Source: an uncultured Gammaproteobacteria bacterium
Lineage (GTDB): Bacteria; Patescibacteriota; Microgenomatia; 2-02-FULL-39-11
Length of the DNA: 64,000 nucleotides
Direction: 5' to 3'
Assembly (NCBI GenBank): GCA_964520615.1
Contig: CAZFNL010000137.1
Coordinates: 7,140-71,139, forward strand
Made by a program: the position numbers and the translations under genes
The notes under the pieces: model-generated
Told to the model about the DNA's origin: nothing
Database searches by the model: none
What the model saw: only the letters and a program-made list of their open reading frames with translations
Shown here: positions 38,053 through 48,100 of the stretch, piece by piece
Layout of the letters: each line of letters starts with the position of its first letter
How positions within the stretch are numbered: the stretch's first letter is position 1

Positions 38053-38958
38053 TTAACCCAGTGCAGCAAGACTTAAATATTCTTTCAATTTAATTCCCCA
38101 AAGCACAACTGTCTTTATCCACACTGGATACTTTTTTTTATAATGCTTCTCGTAAAAAATCCTCATTACCTCAAATCTTGACCTTGTGGCCAAATATTTT
38201 ATTTTTTTATCAGCCAAGGACAAATGTTGGCTATGCTTTTTAATACCACCCGATACGCCTTTATAATGCAGTATAGAGGTAGTTGGCACGTACATAATCT
38301 TCCATCCTGCATTTTTTACTTTATAACAAAAATCTATATCCTCTCCATACCAGAAATAGTCCTCATCCAACCAATCCACTCTTTCCCCCACTTCTCTTCT
38401 TATCAAAAGGAACGCACCGACACAACTGTCTATCTCATGAACTTGCTCCATATTCCCAAAACCCAAGTGGTATCCGTTAAAAAATCTGCTGTAGGGAAAA
38501 AGTTTTGCCAGTCCGGCAAAATGACAAAAAGCGTTCCACGGAGTAGGAAATCCCCTATGGCAGGCATCATCTATCTGTCCTCCCGGAAGATTCACTTTAC
38601 ATGTGGCCGCTCCAACTTCAACATTCTTTTCCATAAATTTTAACATTATCTCAAGTGTATCTTTCTTAACAATCGTATCAGGATTAAGTAGAAGAACGTA
38701 TTTACCTAGGGATTTCTTTATTGCCTGGTTATTTGCTTTTGCGAAACCGATGTTTTCACTGTTTTTTATAAGATTGAGGTAAGAAAAAGTTTTTTTTATT
38801 CTTTCTGCTTCTTTATTACCTGAATTGTTATCAACGATGATGATTTCTATCTTCTTAAATATTATGTTGCTTCGTTCTATGGATTCGAGGCATTCAGACA
38901 AAAAACTGTAGGTATTAAAGTTGACAATTATTACAGATAAAATAATATCCCGTTTCAT
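38053..38958 (-). CDS. Glycosyltransferase family 2 (GT-A).
   Basis: LSVIIVNFNTYSFLSECLESI ... IIIVDNNSGN and DxD-type GT-A motifs. Confidence 0.8.
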   Translation of the reverse strand: MKRDIILSVIIVNFNTYSFLSECLESIERSNIIFKKIEIIIVDNNSGNKEAERIKKTFSYLNLIKNSENIGFAKANNQAIKKSLGKYVLLLNPDTIVKKDTLEIMLKFMEKNVEVGAATCKVNLPGGQIDDACHRGFPTPWNAFCHFAGLAKLFPYSRFFNGYHLGFGNMEQVHEIDSCVGAFLLIRREVGERVDWLDEDYFWYGEDIDFCYKVKNAGWKIMYVPTTSILHYKGVSGGIKKHSQHLSLADKKIKYLATRSRFEVMRIFYEKHYKKKYPVWIKTVVLWGIKLKEYLSLAALG

Positions 38959-39049
38959 AAACTTAAAAATTTACAAATTAAATCTATTTGATGTCCTTTT
39001 GTCTAATCTCAAGGTTTTTGATGATCTTTCGACTGTAAAGCATAATCTC

Positions 39050-40237
39050 TTATATATTTTTTGCGTCCTGATATATATGGTCAAGACTTTTACCGATTCT
39101 GCTCCAGTTAAATTTATCCTCTACAAGCTTTCTCCCTTTTTCAGCCAGACTATTGTACAACGCATGGTTAGTCAAAAGCCTTATTGATTCGTATGCCAAA
39201 TCAGAGGGCGTTTCACCTATAAGCACTTCCCTACCATGTTTTGCTCCAAGTCCCTCTATCCCTGTAGATGTGCTGACAACAGGAAGACCTGTAGCCATAG
39301 CTTCCAAAATCTTGTAGCGGGTACCACCAGGGCCATAAATCGGAGCAAGAAGTATGTCAGACTTCTTATAAGCTTCCCTTATATCTTCAACATTAGATGA
39401 AATCTGTATGTTTTTAGAACTATAAGAAGTAATCTTTGCAGTTGGAAACCTACCAACAATCCAAAGATTTATGTTCCCAAGCCTTTTTTTAATCACTGGC
39501 CAAATTTCCTCAACCAATATTGTCACGGCCTCCCTATTTTGTAACCATTTGAAATTACCTACAAAAAGGATAGTCTTTGTTTTTTGGGAATAAGATTGTT
39601 TTCTCACATTAAAAAAATCTGTATCTACTCCATTTGGCACCAAATCCACACTCAAACCAGGTACTAATTTATGCATTACCAGTCGGTCTGACTCAGACAT
39701 TGCCACCACCCGGGTTGCCTGATGCCAAAATTTTTTTTCCCAATAATGAATTTTTGTCACGTCAAAATTCATTAACCACTTAGCCGGTATAAATCTTATA
39801 TTTTCCGTATAGTGCTGGTAAACTAAATACTCGATCGTCTGCTCAACCAAAATAATAGGTATTTTTGTTGTGGGGATATTGGGCATGACATAAAAAGTTT
39901 CAGCATGTATTAGGTCAAAATGCTCCCTCTCTATAGCTCTTACTATCTTGTCTTTAAGATCTTTTTTCAGATACATACAGACAACCAGTGGATAAACTGA
40001 AATGGCTGATAATGTAAGACTTGTCGGAGACCATGGAGGACGTTTTAGAAATACCTGAACATCAGCACAGAATTCTTTGAGTTTTGGTATATAATCTTTC
40101 TCCTTTTCTTCTCTTATAAATGAATACAGTGTCACTTCATGCTTCTTTGAGAGATATTTCAAAAGATTATAACTTCTTATTTGCCCTCCTGAAAAAAGAG
40201 GAAAAGGCAAATATGGCGTCAACATGAGTATCTTCAT
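39050..40237 (-). CDS. Glycosyltransferase family 4 (GT-B).
   Basis: LAPIYGPGGTRYKILEAMATGLPVVSTSTGIEGL motif. Confidence 0.8.
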   Translation of the reverse strand: MKILMLTPYLPFPLFSGGQIRSYNLLKYLSKKHEVTLYSFIREEKEKDYIPKLKEFCADVQVFLKRPPWSPTSLTLSAISVYPLVVCMYLKKDLKDKIVRAIEREHFDLIHAETFYVMPNIPTTKIPIILVEQTIEYLVYQHYTENIRFIPAKWLMNFDVTKIHYWEKKFWHQATRVVAMSESDRLVMHKLVPGLSVDLVPNGVDTDFFNVRKQSYSQKTKTILFVGNFKWLQNREAVTILVEEIWPVIKKRLGNINLWIVGRFPTAKITSYSSKNIQISSNVEDIREAYKKSDILLAPIYGPGGTRYKILEAMATGLPVVSTSTGIEGLGAKHGREVLIGETPSDLAYESIRLLTNHALYNSLAEKGRKLVEDKFNWSRIGKSLDHIYQDAKNI

Positions 40238-40303
40238 ACTAAGAGGTAGTCAGAGTAATCTGTGATAGACGTATGGCAAATCAGTACCCGCAAAAAATCA
40301 TTC

Positions 40304-43300
40304 TTAATTTTTCGGAAGTTTACCATCAGGTACCAATTGAATTATGACATATTTATTTGTCAAATAGGCTATTTTGTATTTTCTTTTTGCAGGATCTGCA
40401 ATTTGAGCTTCTGCCATCAGCTGTTTTGTAAGATCGTCAAAATTGACGCTTACATAGTAATCTGCGCCCATATTAATCATTTTGTCAATTGATTCCTGCA
40501 TCACCGGCCAACCGGCTCTGTGTGTTTGATAAAGAAATGCTGTATCTCCGTCATATGGTGCAATAACCAAAGCGCTTTGGGGAGTCTTGGTGTCAACAGC
40601 TCTTCCGGCCTCCACAATTTCCGGGTGATTAATATTGTAATAGTCCCTGACAAAATACCAGCCGAACATTTCAGTAAATACAATCGTCACTCCGATAAGA
40701 CCAAAAACCAGTATTCCTGAACGGTATTTCCTTCCCATATCGGCAAAAAAGGTTATGCCTTTTGCCACAAATACCGCAATTATAGGAACAGTCAATATCT
40801 GGTAATAATCATGCCGTACGTTGCCTGTAGCAAAAACAGTGACATATGCCAATATTGCAATTCCCCACAAGTAAAAAAGAAACTTGTCCTTTTTGATAGG
40901 AGCAAGAATTCCAAGTATCAAAAAAGGTAAACCCCAATATCCCAAAATCAGTCTGGACAATCGGTCTGCAAAAAGCCAGTAGAAAAATGCACCCTTAAAT
41001 CTGATGCCGTCGCCGTTGAGAAGCCAAAGATTGGCTGGTACTCCTTCAGGAAAATGACTTATCCACCACCGCCACCATCCTAGAGGCAGCGAAGATATAC
41101 CAAAAAATAATACGAGTCCTAAAAAAGATTTAACAGAAAATCCCATTTTCCTGACCCAAAGATAAGACATCGGAAGGAAAAGAAATACCGCATACGGTTT
41201 TACCAAAAGTGCAGCAGCTGTGAAGACGCCCGCCAAAAATAGGTAGAGTATCACCTTCACGATTTCTACAATCCTTTTTTCTCCTGAAAGTTTTAATTTC
41301 TGCTTTGAATCTAAAAATAGATCAAGAAACCAAATCATGCCAATAGAAGTACATACTAGAAGCGGATCAGGCAGTATAGTGCGGGTAAAAAAAATGTTAT
41401 ATGGAAGAAAAGCAAAAACAGCAGCTGCTATTGCGGCTTCTCTTCTTCCCAGGTATTTCCTGACAAGAAGAAAAAGAAATATTATTGATCCCAAAGTGGC
41501 AAAGATCGAAGTTAATCTGCCGGAAACTTCTATATTCCAACCGACAAATATTTTATCGGTTACTACACTCAATACGTTGTATAAAGGGAATTCCACAAAA
41601 CGCAGTCCCTTGGGATTGTTTTTCCCAGAGGCCACATTGGAAAGATCATCGTATGTGGGAAAAAGTATATTAATCCCGTGCTTTACATAATTTCTAGTAA
41701 CAGCAGAAGTATCAGCCTGTCGCCATGAATGCCAATCAGCAAGAGGCTCATCTATCTTGTACAGTCTGACGGTAAACGCAAAAACCAGTATGACAAGAAG
41801 TATGAATTTATCGCTTTTTATGAAACTAACTGATTTATGGATTAGACCTGATATAAACTCGCTCAAATCCGGTATTCTCGGGAAAGGGATCTCTCTTTTT
41901 CTCTCTTTTCTCAACATTTCCACTCCAGCTAAGACAAATCCCGTTATACCCCAAAACATAAATGCTACCTTTGACGATTCGAAAACATCAATATATAGAG
42001 CGTTAACCATAAGCCCCATTAGCAATCCGGCAAACCCGATGTTTATACTGAATATAAAGGGATCAGCAAAGAGATTCAGATTACGCCAAATGATAAATAC
42101 GATAAAAAGCAGAGTTCCGAAAAACGTAATAAAACCCAAAACTCCAGTCTCACCCAAATTCCTCAAAAAATCATTATCTGTTGATTCCGCTTCTGTAAAT
42201 TGTGTTGGCTGAGTCTTATTTAATGTTGAATATCCGCTACCCAAAAGCGGGTTTCGTTCAAAACCTTTTATCGCCATTGGCCATAAAGCGTCAAATCTTA
42301 TGGCCGTTGATAAGTCGTATATAAAGGCCGTTTTGGAATAAGTACGAGGAACAGCCGCAAGAGAAGCGCTATTTGTACCCGTGGGCACCATAAGCGGTAT
42401 ATTCTTATAGACATCAATTGGCCGGTCTGGAGTGGGAGGCTGGTCACTTGATGAAGTGATTTGAGAAAGAGCTGCGTTTGGATTATTCTCCAAAAAGACG
42501 GCTTTGTCGGGCGGAGGCGGAGCACCAAGAGGAGTCAGAAGAAGTGATTTTACACCTGAAAGACGCTCATCAATCCTGAGAAATTTAGTAAATCTCTCAG
42601 ACAGATCACCAAAAGACAGCATTACTAGAATAGAAAGAAATATAACCGTAAACCAACGGGTAAGAGACCAGGACATTCCCTTTTTATATGCCCAAAAGAA
42701 GAATATGACAGTGATGCCAAATAGATATGCGATAAAAGAAGTTCTTGAGGCAGTCAGTATAAGCGTCCAAAAGGCGGCAGAGATTGTTAGAAATATCAAC
42801 AGTTTCAGTAATTTTCTTTTAACACCAAAAAACAAACTCCAAAGAAGCACCAACGCCATCATAATATAAGCTGCCAGATCATAGTGGCCCCCAAAAGTTG
42901 AAAGAACTCTTGCATGAGGAGTCAGATAAAGCATCCAACCCTTAGCAAATTCCCGGTTCATTGTCGAAAATGCAGGCCAGTAAAGATATCTTTGACCGAA
43001 GCCGTATATCGAAACAGCAACCACAGTAACAATAATAAGACCAATATATATCTTCAACTGCTTCAGACTTCTGACAGAAGAATAAAATATGAAAAAAAGG
43101 GAAAAGTACTCTATCCGTCTAGCGTAATGTAAAAACATCTTTTCAAGGTGTAATGGTATTAAAGGTACTGTATGCAGAAGAAAAACTGCAGATAGCATGG
43201 AGAGTACTCCTACTACAAGATAGGCTAATATCGGCTTAAAAAGAGGATTACCGGACAATCTTGTCTTCCCTCGTACCAACCACACTACCCACAGGAAAAC

Positions 43301-43486
43301 ACAAAAGCTGACTATGAAATCTTCCAGTCTGACTCTGACAATATAACCCGGGAGTATATCCCCGATGGGCAATTTAGGATAAAGAGGTATGAAAACCAAA
43401 AGAAAACCTGCTAATACTGAAAGGATGTTATCATCCAACCAACTTAAAAGCTTTGACATATAGTGAAAAACGCCTGGAGTTGCCAC
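40304..43486 (-). CDS. 1060-aa fusion of an O-antigen-ligase/polymerase-like domain (Wzy_C) with a GT-C ArnT/PMT-like glycosyltransferase domain.
   Basis: The N-terminal half has ~12 TM segments and the Wzy_C terminal signature DNDFLRNLGETGVLGFI, then a Pro-rich linker (GAPPPPDK...QPPTPDRP). The C-terminal half reads LVFAFTVRLYKIDEPLADWHSWRQADTSAVTRNY plus ~11 TM segments, typical of PMT_2/GT39-like GT-C enzymes. Confidence 0.6.
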   Translation of the reverse strand: MATPGVFHYMSKLLSWLDDNILSVLAGFLLVFIPLYPKLPIGDILPGYIVRVRLEDFIVSFCVFLWVVWLVRGKTRLSGNPLFKPILAYLVVGVLSMLSAVFLLHTVPLIPLHLEKMFLHYARRIEYFSLFFIFYSSVRSLKQLKIYIGLIIVTVVAVSIYGFGQRYLYWPAFSTMNREFAKGWMLYLTPHARVLSTFGGHYDLAAYIMMALVLLWSLFFGVKRKLLKLLIFLTISAAFWTLILTASRTSFIAYLFGITVIFFFWAYKKGMSWSLTRWFTVIFLSILVMLSFGDLSERFTKFLRIDERLSGVKSLLLTPLGAPPPPDKAVFLENNPNAALSQITSSSDQPPTPDRPIDVYKNIPLMVPTGTNSASLAAVPRTYSKTAFIYDLSTAIRFDALWPMAIKGFERNPLLGSGYSTLNKTQPTQFTEAESTDNDFLRNLGETGVLGFITFFGTLLFIVFIIWRNLNLFADPFIFSINIGFAGLLMGLMVNALYIDVFESSKVAFMFWGITGFVLAGVEMLRKERKREIPFPRIPDLSEFISGLIHKSVSFIKSDKFILLVILVFAFTVRLYKIDEPLADWHSWRQADTSAVTRNYVKHGINILFPTYDDLSNVASGKNNPKGLRFVEFPLYNVLSVVTDKIFVGWNIEVSGRLTSIFATLGSIIFLFLLVRKYLGRREAAIAAAVFAFLPYNIFFTRTILPDPLLVCTSIGMIWFLDLFLDSKQKLKLSGEKRIVEIVKVILYLFLAGVFTAAALLVKPYAVFLFLPMSYLWVRKMGFSVKSFLGLVLFFGISSLPLGWWRWWISHFPEGVPANLWLLNGDGIRFKGAFFYWLFADRLSRLILGYWGLPFLILGILAPIKKDKFLFYLWGIAILAYVTVFATGNVRHDYYQILTVPIIAVFVAKGITFFADMGRKYRSGILVFGLIGVTIVFTEMFGWYFVRDYYNINHPEIVEAGRAVDTKTPQSALVIAPYDGDTAFLYQTHRAGWPVMQESIDKMINMGADYYVSVNFDDLTKQLMAEAQIADPAKRKYKIAYLTNKYVIIQLVPDGKLPKN

Positions 43487-44345
43487 CGATTATACCAAAT
43501 ACGAGTATCCTCAGCAATGAACCGAATTTTAGAAGTAACTTCAAAGGAATTTGCTGCCAGTTTGGAAAATGTTTTTTATAGATATATATGAGTGAATTGA
43601 ACTCTTCAATAATCCCCGCCTCATCGCCCATACCCGAAGCTCCTTTATGATGCACAACTTTAATAGATGGAATATAAAGAATATCAAATCCTTCTTTTTT
43701 TATGCGGAAACACCATTCTACTTCTTCAGCATACATAAAAATTTTATCATCCAGATATCCTGCCTTTTCTATCACCTTCTTTTTCACCAATAGGCATGCT
43801 CCAGATACCCAATCAACACTCCTTTTCCTTCTATAAAAACTTTTGTCTGTGACGTGATAAGGCCTTATAAATGTAGACGAAAAGGGAACATCATCAATAA
43901 ATGTCATCCAGGCAAATATCTTTATCAATGTCGGGAAAAATCCGAGAGATTGCTGCAATTTACCATTAGGAAAAACCAATTTTGTTCCTATAACTCCCGC
44001 TTCACTTTCATCTCTTGCGACTGAAAAAAGCATTCCTAACGTATTCTCAGATATGGATGTATCACTGTTTAGAAGCAAAATAAAATCGCTATGTGCCTTC
44101 TTAAGTCCTATATTATTTGCCGCGGCAAAACCCAAATTTTCTTTATTCCTTACCAAATTTACATTTGGAAACTCTTTCTCAATCATTTCAATAGAACTAT
44201 CACTTGACGCGTTATCAATGACAATAACTTCTGACTGACCATCCTTATTCAACTCTGATTTTCCCAGAGATTTGAAGACAGACAAAAGACAATTCCTTAA
44301 TATATCACAGGTATTGTAACTGACAATGATTATGGAAAGTTTCAT
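43431..44345 (-). CDS. Glycosyltransferase family 2 (GT-A), possibly a polyprenyl-phosphate sugar synthase partner for the adjacent GT-C.
   Basis: LSIIIVSYNTCDILRNCLLSV ... VIVIDNASSDSS. The ArnC/DPM1-like function is inferred from context only. Confidence 0.75.
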   Translation of the reverse strand: MKLSIIIVSYNTCDILRNCLLSVFKSLGKSELNKDGQSEVIVIDNASSDSSIEMIEKEFPNVNLVRNKENLGFAAANNIGLKKAHSDFILLLNSDTSISENTLGMLFSVARDESEAGVIGTKLVFPNGKLQQSLGFFPTLIKIFAWMTFIDDVPFSSTFIRPYHVTDKSFYRRKRSVDWVSGACLLVKKKVIEKAGYLDDKIFMYAEEVEWCFRIKKEGFDILYIPSIKVVHHKGASGMGDEAGIIEEFNSLIYIYKKHFPNWQQIPLKLLLKFGSLLRILVFGIIGGNSRRFSLYVKAFKLVG

Positions 44346-44378
44346 TATTGGTTTAAGAAAGTGATAAGGCGTACTATA

Positions 44379-44981
44379 TTACTGAAACAACCTTGCCCTA
44401 CCCAATCTATAATGGGGATTTTTTATTGTTCTCTCTCCTATCACCTCTGCGGGTATCCCTCCGACAATTGAGAAGGGTTTTATATCTTTTGTCACAACAG
44501 CTCCAGCTGCCACAACCGCCCCATTTCCAATTTTTACTCCAGGCAGTATAGTTACTCTGGGACCAATAAATACAAAGTCCCCAATTTCTACATTTTTTGA
44601 AACCGCGTGAAAATCCTCACTATCTATATCGTGCTGGGAATTATAAATGAGGACATACGAAGCAATGTCTACATGGTTTCCGATAACAAGTTTTGCCCGG
44701 CCGTCCAAAAAAGCGTGATCGCCGATTATTGAATCTTCGCCAATTGAAATGTTTCGTGGATTAAAACAGTTAAACCACATATGTATTCTGGCACCAGTTC
44801 CTAGCTTTATACCAGCTGTCGCATATAAAACCAATCTCAGACTATGAAATGGTATATGGCCAAACAAACGTATTACCATCAGCTTAAAATCTAAAATTAT
44901 ACTATTTAGCCTGTTGGTAGATTTTTGAAAAACTTCTTCTCTTGTCAATTCCTTACCGTTTTTGTCTTTTAATACCACCAT
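44379..44981 (-). CDS. Hexapeptide-repeat (left-handed beta-helix) acetyltransferase, sugar O- or N-acetyltransferase type.
   Basis: Repeated [LIV]G[DN] hexapeptides: IGDHAFLDG, IGNHVDI, IGDFVFIGPRVTILPGVKIGNGAVVAAGAVV. Confidence 0.75.
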   Translation of the reverse strand: MVVLKDKNGKELTREEVFQKSTNRLNSIILDFKLMVIRLFGHIPFHSLRLVLYATAGIKLGTGARIHMWFNCFNPRNISIGEDSIIGDHAFLDGRAKLVIGNHVDIASYVLIYNSQHDIDSEDFHAVSKNVEIGDFVFIGPRVTILPGVKIGNGAVVAAGAVVTKDIKPFSIVGGIPAEVIGERTIKNPHYRLGRARLFQ

Positions 44982-44988
44982 AATGGTC

Positions 44989-46152
44989 CTATTTTATATC
45001 ACTAACTGTCTCTTGCAAAACTTTTAGAGTTTGAAGTGCGCATTTTTCCCAACTGAAAGCCTTTATTCTGTCATGTCCTTTTACTATCATTCTACTTCGT
45101 AACTTTTTATCATAAATGGCGCTTTTTATTCCCCTGGCAATATCCTTACTATCTTTCGGATCAACAAGTAAACCACTTTCCCCTATTATCTCAGGCATAC
45201 TTGAGTTGTTGCTTACAACTACCGGACAACCGCAAGCCATAGCCTCGACCACCGGTAAACCAAATCCTTCATACAATGACGGGAGGACAAAACATGAGGC
45301 CATATGGTAAAAAAGTGGCAACTCTAATGGTAAAACATAATCGGTTAAAATGATCTTTTGCACGACACGGCTTGTTCTAACAGCCTCTAAAATTTCCTCA
45401 TAAAGCCATCCTTTTTTACCAATAATAACTAATTGCAAATTAGTTTTATCTCCTGACATAATAATCCTTTCAAAAGCCTCGATCAATTTTCTTATATTTT
45501 TCCTCGGCTGTAGCGTACCAACAAACAGAATAAAATTGTCGCTTAAATGGTATTTTTTTTTCAACCTTTCCCCAAACCTCTCACTCCTTTTTTCATTTGA
45601 ATTAAAGACCTCACTATCGTATCCAGGATATGTCACTACTACCTTGTCGTCTTGGACTTTATAATATTCAACTATCGATTTTTGGGAATAGTAGCTGATT
45701 GTAAAAACCTTAGCTGCCTTTTTTACGGAATACTCTGTCCAACGGGTCAACTGATATAAATCCTTCTTTGTAAACATTTCCGGAAAATTAATAAAAGACA
45801 AATCCATAATTGACATTGCGCGCGGACAAGGTGCAAACCTGGGTGAATAGTGTGATGGACTGAAAAAAATATTTGGTCGTGGCCTTTGAAAATTCAGCTT
45901 TAACGGTAAAGCAAATTGAGTCCATGCTTTTTCAGGCCCAAACATTTCATAACTCCACCATTGATTTTCTTTCGGCAAATCATCCAATGGTTGATTTTTT
46001 AAGTATATTCTAAAACTTATGTCTGATAGATTCAGCTCTTTATACTTATTTTTCCTCAAAAGATATATGTGTCTTAAAAGTTGATAGGCGTATTGTCCTA
46101 TTCCCACCCTAAAATCCGTATTGGCTTCGTTAGCATCAATTCCTATTAGCAT
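44989..46152 (-). CDS. Glycosyltransferase family 4 (GT-B).
   Basis: LPSLYEGFGLPVVEAMACGCPVVVSN motif. Confidence 0.8.
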   Translation of the reverse strand: MLIGIDANEANTDFRVGIGQYAYQLLRHIYLLRKNKYKELNLSDISFRIYLKNQPLDDLPKENQWWSYEMFGPEKAWTQFALPLKLNFQRPRPNIFFSPSHYSPRFAPCPRAMSIMDLSFINFPEMFTKKDLYQLTRWTEYSVKKAAKVFTISYYSQKSIVEYYKVQDDKVVVTYPGYDSEVFNSNEKRSERFGERLKKKYHLSDNFILFVGTLQPRKNIRKLIEAFERIIMSGDKTNLQLVIIGKKGWLYEEILEAVRTSRVVQKIILTDYVLPLELPLFYHMASCFVLPSLYEGFGLPVVEAMACGCPVVVSNNSSMPEIIGESGLLVDPKDSKDIARGIKSAIYDKKLRSRMIVKGHDRIKAFSWEKCALQTLKVLQETVSDIK

Positions 46153-46155
46153 ATT

Positions 46156-47292
46156 TTATGAAATTAAACTTTCATATATTTTCAATATTTTACTTGCGGC
46201 ATCTTCCCATTTGAATTTTTCGGCCTGGGAAAAACCTTTCTTAATTATTTCCTTTCTAAGATTTTGGTCAATAAATAATTGCACCATTTTGACAGATATA
46301 TCTTCTTCATCATAAGGATCTATTTGTAACGCGCAATCACTTGCAATTTCTGCCAAACTTCCCATGTTTGATGTAACCACAGGACAGCCGCATGCCATGG
46401 CTTCTAATATAGGCAAACCAAACCCTTCGTAAAGTGAAGGAAAAACAAAAAAAACTGCCCCAGAGTAAATCGCCGGCAGGTCTTTTTTCTCAACCATGCC
46501 CAGAGGATACACAAACCTGACGTTTTTCAGCTTTTGTCCCCAACCTGTTCTACCCACGAGCACAAGATTTATTTCCTTATTCTGTGATGACACAAGTGGA
46601 TGACGTAAAAACCTGTCAAAAGCCAAAATCAGTCGCTGCAAATTTTTACGCGGCTCGCGTGTCCCGACAAATAAAATATATCTTTCTGGCAGATTATATT
46701 TTTGTCTCACACGTATAAATTCCTCCTCATCCTGAGGTATAAATTGTCTATCGATTCCCGGATAAACCACTATTACTTTATCAGGTTCCACATTCAGCGT
46801 CTCCAATATATCTCTTTTTGTCGAGACAGAATCAGCGATTATCGCATCACATTCCCTTTTTACCCAATACAGTCGTCTTTTTTGCGTAGCAACAATATCC
46901 GGATGGGAAATCTGCGGGTACTTATAAACTACCAAGTCATGAATAGTGGTAACCTTATTTACCCCTTTTATCGGAGGTTGGATCCAATCCGACGAATGAA
47001 ATATATCAGCATTGCCTATAAATCTGCCCAAATCAAATACATGATATCTGTTCCAGACAATATTCCCCAATGTTTGCGGCAGTCTGATAATCTTTGATTC
47101 CACATTGCTGTATTTTGTCTTTAATTCTGACGTGAAATTGGTCAATGCATCAATCTGCCGAAGTGATATTCCAAAAAGAAGATACTGATTATTTCTGTCC
47201 GTCTGTAAAAGCCTGCGCACCAAATTTTCTGTATATGATGCTACACCGCTTCCGGTATAAGCTATTTGTGATATGTCAATTGCTATTTTCAT
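46156..47292 (-). CDS. Glycosyltransferase family 4 (GT-B).
   Basis: FPSLYEGFGLPILEAMACGCPVVTSNMGSLAEI motif. Confidence 0.8.
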   Translation of the reverse strand: MKIAIDISQIAYTGSGVASYTENLVRRLLQTDRNNQYLLFGISLRQIDALTNFTSELKTKYSNVESKIIRLPQTLGNIVWNRYHVFDLGRFIGNADIFHSSDWIQPPIKGVNKVTTIHDLVVYKYPQISHPDIVATQKRRLYWVKRECDAIIADSVSTKRDILETLNVEPDKVIVVYPGIDRQFIPQDEEEFIRVRQKYNLPERYILFVGTREPRKNLQRLILAFDRFLRHPLVSSQNKEINLVLVGRTGWGQKLKNVRFVYPLGMVEKKDLPAIYSGAVFFVFPSLYEGFGLPILEAMACGCPVVTSNMGSLAEIASDCALQIDPYDEEDISVKMVQLFIDQNLRKEIIKKGFSQAEKFKWEDAASKILKIYESLIS

Positions 47293-48040
47293 TTTCTTTT
47301 ATTTTTACGAAAAACAATTGGCGGTAAAACGGCTCCCTATCCAAAATAAGAAGGAATTGTATAAAAAAAAGCATAATTTTGCGGAAAAAGAAATTTTTCA
47401 GAAGATTTTCTGTCATCCAGCCTTTCATAAGAAAATTTCTCATTTTCAAATTTTCGTTACCCTTTATTATTAAACTTATTTCCCTCCTGAATTTTTTTGC
47501 AGATTTTGATATCATTTTTTCAATTTCTTCTTTATCCGGTAGACCAAATCCTATTTGCTCCTCAAAAAAATCGTAGCTTTTTCCCAAATGCAGCTTGAAA
47601 TAATCATACAACACTTTATCCTGCCTATGCGAAAGCTCTCCGCAGGGTACGCCAATCAGTACTTTTTTTCTTGCTACTCTAACCATTTCATCAATGGCTT
47701 TTCCTCTTTTGTAGGAATCCAAATGCTCCAACATATCCATGCTTAGGACAATATCAAATGTTTCGTTATCAAATGGCAACTTTGTAACTGATGCTTTTAC
47801 TCTTTTAAGTAAAGGAGAAAACGGCGGCCGGAAACTTATATCAACACCCGTTACAGGCTTCTTCAAATACGGAGCAATTCCCAAACCTCCTGACCCCACC
47901 TCAAGAATTTTCTGTTTTTTTACACCTGAATCTCTAATCTCTTTTACAACCGGCAGATATCTTAAAGCGATCTCCGGATGCCATCGCGCAAAAAGAAAAA
48001 ATCCTGAAAGTTTGGCAATTAGTTCATTAGTAATCATCAT
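47276..48040 (-). CDS. Class I SAM-dependent methyltransferase.
   Basis: ILEVGSGGLGIA (motif I) ... GVDIS ... FDIVLSMDMLEHL pattern. Confidence 0.7.
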   Translation of the reverse strand: MMITNELIAKLSGFFLFARWHPEIALRYLPVVKEIRDSGVKKQKILEVGSGGLGIAPYLKKPVTGVDISFRPPFSPLLKRVKASVTKLPFDNETFDIVLSMDMLEHLDSYKRGKAIDEMVRVARKKVLIGVPCGELSHRQDKVLYDYFKLHLGKSYDFFEEQIGFGLPDKEEIEKMISKSAKKFRREISLIIKGNENLKMRNFLMKGWMTENLLKNFFFRKIMLFFIQFLLILDREPFYRQLFFVKIKENENSN

Positions 48041-48100
48041 CTACTCGGTACTAAATACCACAGTTCAAAAATCCAAAAACAGGATAATTTACTAATCAAT

